Part shown: positions 57,341 to 64,000 of the stretch, in pieces
How positions within the stretch are numbered: the stretch's first letter is position 1
How the letters are laid out: each line of letters begins with the position of its first letter
Source of the DNA: the human T2T-CHM13v2.0 reference genome, Homo sapiens
Assembly: GCF_009914755.1 (NCBI RefSeq)
Contig: NC_060939.1
Strand: one strand, 5' to 3'
Length of the DNA stretch: 64,000 bases
Notes under the pieces: generated by a model
Told to the model about the DNA's origin: nothing
Databases searched by the model: none
The model's input: the letters and a program-made list of their open reading frames with translations, nothing else
Program-made: the position numbers and the translations under genes

Positions 57341-59777
57341 TGAGTATATAATGTGAAACCTTTACAAATATTAAATTATTTAACAATGAATTTAAGACAG
57401 GCATACAAAGGATGCAATAATTATCTCATTTTTTAATAATCTCTTACCCAAAAGTAATAAAAAAGTAAAAGTAATGTTATAAACTCCTTCAATACTCTCA
57501 TAATATTTATTATTTATCCTTCATCTTTGGAAGCAAGTGAATAAGAAGAATACTTCAAATCAAAAAAAGATGGCATGACTGGGGTGGCTTTGCAGGAGAT
57601 AAAAAAAGATACACAACATGATCTATAACTTGCGATGACCCAACATAGCCAGAAATGTAATCTTGATTTAACAGTATCTTGACATCTGAAGATTTATATC
57701 TAAAGCCAGTAGACTTAGAGCATCTCCTGGCCCATCACTTGGGGTGGAACCATATCTACATTAGCTTATACTATTGAGATGGTTGATGATAACTGTTATA
57801 ACCTTGCACATTCCACGAGGGCATTTATTTTTAAACCTCTTACATCTTTTACTGAAAAGCAGAAACTCATTTTTCTCTCAAAAGTTCTTTTTTTTAACAC
57901 TCCTTTGTAAAAAAATGAATTTCAGTTGTTATTTGGTAGAAGTAAAAATTCCTACATGAGTTAAAGACAGTCTTTTTTCTTTAGTTCTCTCTTTGCAAAT
58001 GCTTTAAACAGGAATCTCATTACCATGGTAGGTAAATACACCCAGAACATATAGCTTATTTGGGAATGTGGGCAATATTGTGTAAGAAGTAGAGTTTCTT
58101 GCATATATGGCCTGATGAAGGAAGTCTTAAGAAATAGGTTTGGAAAATCAATTGGAACCAAATAACAGAGGGTACTGTAGAATGAACTAAGGGATTTGGA
58201 GGATTTCTCCCTTCAGAGTTCTGGGAGAGATTAGTATCCCTTTACGTGTTAAAATAGAAGACAAGAAATCAATTGGAAGTTAAAATTAAATTTCCTGTTG
58301 GAGTCACGTAAATGAATATAGCAGGAAAGGAACAACAAAGGGGAGGGATGAAGACTATGGAAAACTGGAAAACAGGTGATTCCCAGAAAAGAAATGGCTT
58401 CCGTTGCCATGCGATCATGTAGACAAGATGCAGCTAGAGCTTCCAGTTTTTCAGGAAGCTGGATATCTGAAACCTTAGAAACAGTTTTATTGAGGTGTAA
58501 TTGACATTACATAAAATCTACACATTTAAAGTGTACATTTTGTTAAGTTTTGACATATGTGTACCTCCTGTCACTACAGACAAGATAATGAACATATCCA
58601 TCAGTGCCCCAAAATATTCTTTATGCCTCATGGAAAGTCATCCCTTCTGACTTCCCGTGTGCAAAGGCAGTCTCTGGTTTGCTTTCTGATGCTATAGGAT
58701 ACTTTTCATTTTGCATTTTCTAGAATTTCCTATAACTAGAACAATATGGCATGTAATGCTTTGTGTGGTTCTATTCATTCAACGTAATTATTTTGAGATC
58801 CATCCAAATTGTAGGGTATGTCAATAGCTTATTTCTATTGCTTGTTAGCATTCCATTTTATTAATATATCACAGTTTATTTTACTATTCACCTCTTGATG
58901 GATATTTTGGTTTGTTTCCAGTTTTTGGTTAATGACAACAGAGTGACCCATATGTTAAATGAATGACTCATGCTAAAACTGACATTTGTATGTAAATATT
59001 TGTGTGGACATATGTTTTTATTTCTCTTGAATAAATACCTAGAAGTGGAATGAATAGCTGAATCACGTATTCGGAATATGTTTATTCCGAATTAATTTAG
59101 GAATTGATTCATCTTTTTTTAACAAAACAAAACAAAACAAAAAAACCCTGATGGAATTTTGGTTGCTTTAAAGCACTGGCTAAGATTTCCAGTATGATGC
59201 CAAATCAGAGGTAAGAGCAGACATCTTAGTCTCATTCCCAATCTCAAGTGGAAAACTTCATTTCTTGATTAACTATGGTATTAGCTGTAGCTTTGTTGTA
59301 GATGCCATTTATCCAGTTAAAAAGTGATTTTTCTATTCTCAGTGAACTGAGAGTTTTGACCAGAAATAGATGTTGCATTTTGTTACATTCTATTTCTGTA
59401 TCTATTGAGATGATCATATGATTCTGACTGTCATTTTAATTTTTTTTTGCTTTTTCAATAACAAATCTGCAGTTGTCCACATTTTTGCTTCTCTGTGTAT
59501 AACATATCTCCCCTACTCCTCCAACTGCTTTTAAAATATTTTTTCAACTCATTTGTACAATTGGTTTATGATTTCACATGGTGTAATATTCTTCCTTTTT
59601 CTAGTGTTTAGGGTTTGTTTAGCTGTTTGGGACTGTGGGTCTACAGTTTTCTTTCAAATTTGGAAACATTTGGTCATTATTTCTTTAAATATTCATTCTG
59701 CTGTCTGTTTGGAGGCTCTACTTGAATACATATTAGGCCTCCTGAAGTTGCCTCATAGCTCCTTGACACTCTGAGGA

Positions 59778-59972
59778 CTTTTCTTTCTTTCTTTTTTTTT
59801 AAATTTTACTTTAAGTTCTGGGATACATGTGCAGAAAGTGCAGGTTTGTTACATAGGTATACATGTTCCATGGTGGTTTGCTGCACCTATCAACCCATCA
59901 TCTAGGTTTTAAGCCCAGCATGCATTAGGTATTTGTCCTAATGCTCTCCCTCCACTTGCGCCCCACCCCCCA
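59778..59972 (-). mobile_element. L1PA 3' end fragment (about L1PA7-8)
   Basis: ttttactttaagttctgggatacatgtgcag…tctaggttttaagcccagcatgcattaggtatttgtcctaatgctctccc. Confidence 0.85.
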
Positions 59973-60878
59973 ACTTTACTTAATTTTTTTTTTCTTATTT
60001 TTTTCTTCTGTATTTCACTTTGGATTGCTTCCATTGTGTGTGTTTAAATTCACTAAGCTTTGCTTCTGTAATGTCTAACCTGCTAAAATCTAAGCCACTG
60101 TAATTTTCATATTAGGCATTTTCTTTTCCATCCTAGGAAATCCTAACTGGGTCTTTGCATCTTCCATGCCTCAACTTAAATTTTTGAAAACATGCAGTAT
60201 TTATGATAACTGTTTTGATGTCCTTCCCTACCAATTCTAACATCTATGTCCAATCTTGGTCACTTTTGATTGATGGATTTTTCTCCTCATTATGCATTAC
60301 ATTTTTCTGCTACTTTGCTTGCCTGGTAATTTTAGCTTGAATTGCAGACATTGCAAATGTTACTTTGTTGCTTGCTGGATATCGTAGCATCCTATAGGTA
60401 TTATTGAGCTTAGTTCTGGACATACTTAAGTTACATGGAAATATTTTTGTGCTTTGGATCTTGCTTTTCAAATGTGTTAAATGGGAATGAAATAGTGCTC
60501 AATTTCAGGCTAATTATTCCCCATATAATGAAGGCAAGACTCTTCAGCATACTCTTCCTACTAACTCATGAATTAGGAGGTTTTGTCTTCTGCCCAGTAG
60601 AAATTAGTATGATTTCTAGGACTGGCTGTGTGTTGGGCACTATTGCATCAAACTTTTAAATCTTAATCTGGCCTTGGGCAGTTTCTTTATGTGCATGCAC
60701 TTATCATTACTCAACTCATTTCTCAAGGGGACCCCTGTGCAGATTGTTGAAATCTTCCTTCTGTTCAGCTCTTTTATTTTTGATATTATGCCCTGTGACC
60801 TCTAGCTGCCTTGGTCTTCCCCAACTTTCAATTCTGTCTTTCAACTCAAAGAGTCTAATGGACTCTACCTTGGTTTCT

Positions 60879-60960
60879 TTTTTTTTTTAATTTTTTATTT
60901 TATTTTATTATTATTATACTTTAAGTTTTAGAGTACATGTGCACAACGTGCAGCAAACTA
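60879..60960 (-). mobile_element. 82-bp extremely truncated L1PA insertion
   Basis: T-rich tail plus ttattatactttaagttttagagtacatgtgcacaacgtgcag; perfect 15-bp TSD tctaccttggtttct at 60864-60878 and 60961-60975. Confidence 0.92.
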
Positions 60961-63900
60961 TCTACCTTGGTTTCTATTCCTTGCACAATGATTGGAAAAC
61001 TCCCTCAAGGCAATAAGCTGAAGTAATCATAGGGCTCACTTTCTTTCTTTCTTTGTTTTTCTCTCTCTCAGGGATCACTGTTCATCACTGACATATCTCC
61101 ATTATATTGAAAACCACTCTTTGATATATTTTGCTCACTGCTTGATTTTTTTATGTGGGAGGGTATCTCTGGTCCCTGTTAATCCCTCTTGACTAGAATA
61201 GAAAGTCTGGAAACCTGAATTTGATTGATAAGCCAAAAACAAAATAAAACAGTATGAGAGCCAACATAGGGCATGTCAAAGAGAATAAAATTTCTAGAAA
61301 TATTGATCCAGTTGTAATCAGTAAAATAAAATAGAAATATTTATTGTATTATTTTAATCCTTCAAAGGGTCCTCCTTGAGAAATCAACTGAGTAATGATA
61401 AGTGCAGCCAAATAATGATGCATGTGATAAAACTACCTAGGACCACCCAAGTACTTGATGTGACAATTCGCAGTGCTCATCCAGACCAGGGCTAGTGCTT
61501 GTTCCCACCAGACTGGCTAAAATGCATCATAGTTCATGGGGAAAGTACACAGAAGTACACACCGGAATGGACCATTAAACTATGAATTATCTGTATTATT
61601 ATTGGCAGTTTTCATATAATTTTCCATGTTGTGTGCCTGGTTTCCTTTTGATAGGAGGCTCTATCTGTACTGGCAGTAACAATATATGTATTTTTTAAAC
61701 ATCATTTCAAAGAAGAAATTCAAATTTAACACTGTACCTGGCCATGCATGAACTATATATAAGTACATAATATTTCAAAATATTTTCCACTTTACTGATA
61801 AAATATTTATTAACTTTAAGTGAAGCTACACTTGTAATTCTTTTCTATTTGTCTCCTTTTTAAATGCCAACTTTTTTAACATTAGTTCTTTCTGTCATCA
61901 GTTTCCTGAATTCTGAGATTTTATTCTTATTATACAGGTTCTATATCACTGGCTCCAGAAATACTATTTTGAAGCTACCAGTGCATGTTTTCATTTATCA
62001 TAAAAATGGCATGAGAATTGCAGAGTTACCTTTTCTTTATAAACGGTTCTCTTTTGCAGAAAGAAATGAGTTCACAGTGAATTTATGTTCAGACGTTGAA
62101 AAATGTATACACATCACAGATGAACTCATCCATACCTTCCCCTCCCCTGACAGTTCTGCCCTGTGAACTGGGGTGGAAAAATATATACTGACATTCTGAA
62201 AATAAGATGTTTTATTAATAGTGTGACTTTAACTTCTGAGCTTTAGCTTGTCTAATATGAAAAATAGGGATAATAATACATACCTCACAGAATTGTTGTG
62301 TTTTTTGAGGTAGATACTATATATGAATTTCATAGAACTTGTTAAGTGTTAAAAATGATAGCTGTATTATTATTAGCATTAATAACATGATTATATCTTT
62401 GTGCTGAGCTTCAGGTCTTTACACTAAATATGACAGTAATAGTCCCATGCCAAAAAAGTTCCAACTTGAATAGTGAGGCCAAGGGAGAACCAATGAATAG
62501 GTTGCTGTAAAAAGAAAAAAAAAATTCTACTAAAATAAGAATCAGAGAACTGAGACTGGGAAATGGATCTGAGAGATAGTTTTGTCCAACTTGCTCACTT
62601 CACTGATGAGAAAATCAAAGCTCAGATGGGTTGTAGTACATTCGACACTACAAAGTAGTGCCCTGTTGTGAAGCCACAAATAAGATACAAGCAGAAATTG
62701 GGAAGTGTGATTTTTTTTCCCCCTACATCCAAACTCTTCACTTGAAAAATTGCTGCAGACCTAAACAAGGCAAGCAATCACAAAACTGGTAAAATGAAAA
62801 GGTAGTTGAAATAATTTTTCAACTTTGGGATTTGGCCTTAATTATCCCCCCATTAATTGCACTTTAATGCCCTCTAGAGATTTTAATGCTAAATAATTTC
62901 AATTTTAATTTTATTTATCTTACTTTAAAACAAAGAGTTTGAATTTATAATCTTTAAAATACTATAGATGTTGTGTGATTTCAGAATGGGGCACTCTGGA
63001 CAGCATTTGGAGAGAACAGAGGCATAACCAATTAAGCCCTTACAGAAATCTGAGTTACAAGGGGTTGTAAACAAATGTTTAATTCCTAAAATATCACGTG
63101 AAGATTAATTAAGATAACACATATGAAAGCACTTTGAAAATGATAAAGTGTCATATAAATCTAAGGTGCTGGTTATCTTTGCTCTTTGATACTGAATTGT
63201 ATAGTTGATCATTTCATAATTAATTATGACCTTCAATTTCACTTTCCTTTGCTACTGTTAATGAAATGTCTTATGCTTATCATAAACCATTCCCTCAGGA
63301 GGAAAACAAGTAAGTCTCTCTCAGTGAGTTATAGAGAGAAAATGCCAGTATGGTCTGCCAGTTTGAATAAGAAATTTGAGAGTTAGGAGATGACATTTTC
63401 TTCATATGTTGATGCTGTTCTCTGAGGACTCTATAGTTGAGGCCTTGGTGCCTCCTTTTTGCAAACTTCTGAAATAAAAACAAATTTCATGCTGACTCCC
63501 TGCAAGAGTTGAGGTAGGTCATAAAGCTGATAGTAGATATGTGTTACTTAATCTGTTTTTAATAGATATTAACCATTGGAGTAAAGAATTAAGTTAATGA
63601 AAGTCTAGTCAACAAAATGCCTGTGATAGGAGTGCAAATGTGTCCTCATTTATAGTAGCATTGAATAGGCATGGGAATGGTAGTTAAGTATTCTACGTAT
63701 GTAACCGACTGGACAATCAGCTCCACTTACTTCTTGGAGTATCCATTTAATTCCACCTAATTTCCTGAGTGACCGTTATATGTAAAGCACTGTAGTTAAG
63801 TACCATGGAAAGTATTGACTTAAAGAGTGATTCCACGTTATACAAAAAGCTCTCTGGCCAACAAGATTATAAACCTGAATACCAGTACTATTCTGGGTCT

Positions 63901-64000
63901 AACATGTTTCTGGACCAATCCTTAACCTCTTTGAATCTCAGTTTCGCCATGGGAAATGTGCTAAAAGTTATTCCCCATCTTGACAGACAGTAACACTAAA

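Larger units (their letters stand above)
58480..61210 (-). mobile_element. Ancient fragmented L1 (L1MC/MD-like) carrying two younger L1PA insertions
   Basis: acagttttattgaggtgtaattgac…tttaaagtgtaca is an old L1M 3' end, followed by degraded L1 body sequence. Confidence 0.65.

Overview
AT-rich, CpG-depleted primate (very likely human) genomic DNA from inside UNC13C (Munc13-3), transcribed on the + strand. Six coding exons splice into one open frame of 747 nt: 26870-26948, a 6-nt microexon at 28270-28275, 29459-29530, 42068-42287 (whole C1 domain), 56011-56238 and 57198-57339 (first half of C2B). The rest is intron, filled with L1, Alu, ERV/MaLR LTRs, DNA-transposon relics, MIR/L2 and simple repeats. 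Most long ORFs in the supplied track come from repeats. I found no convincing new gene or multi-gene system. The most interesting signals are: (i) a 6-nt Ala-Met microexon that lacks the usual proximal UGC motif and lies, together with the next exon, between inverted Alus (78 nt, in-frame skip or circularisation unit); (ii) a near-identical second donor site exactly 210 nt after the C1-exon donor, just past an in-frame stop; (iii) template-switch-like hairpins and duplications close to exons; (iv) an 8.5-kb L1/LTR composite with an apparently triplicated target site; (v) an 82-bp L1 insertion with a possible micro twin-priming inversion. Repeat subfamily names are recalled from consensus sequences, not from a database search.
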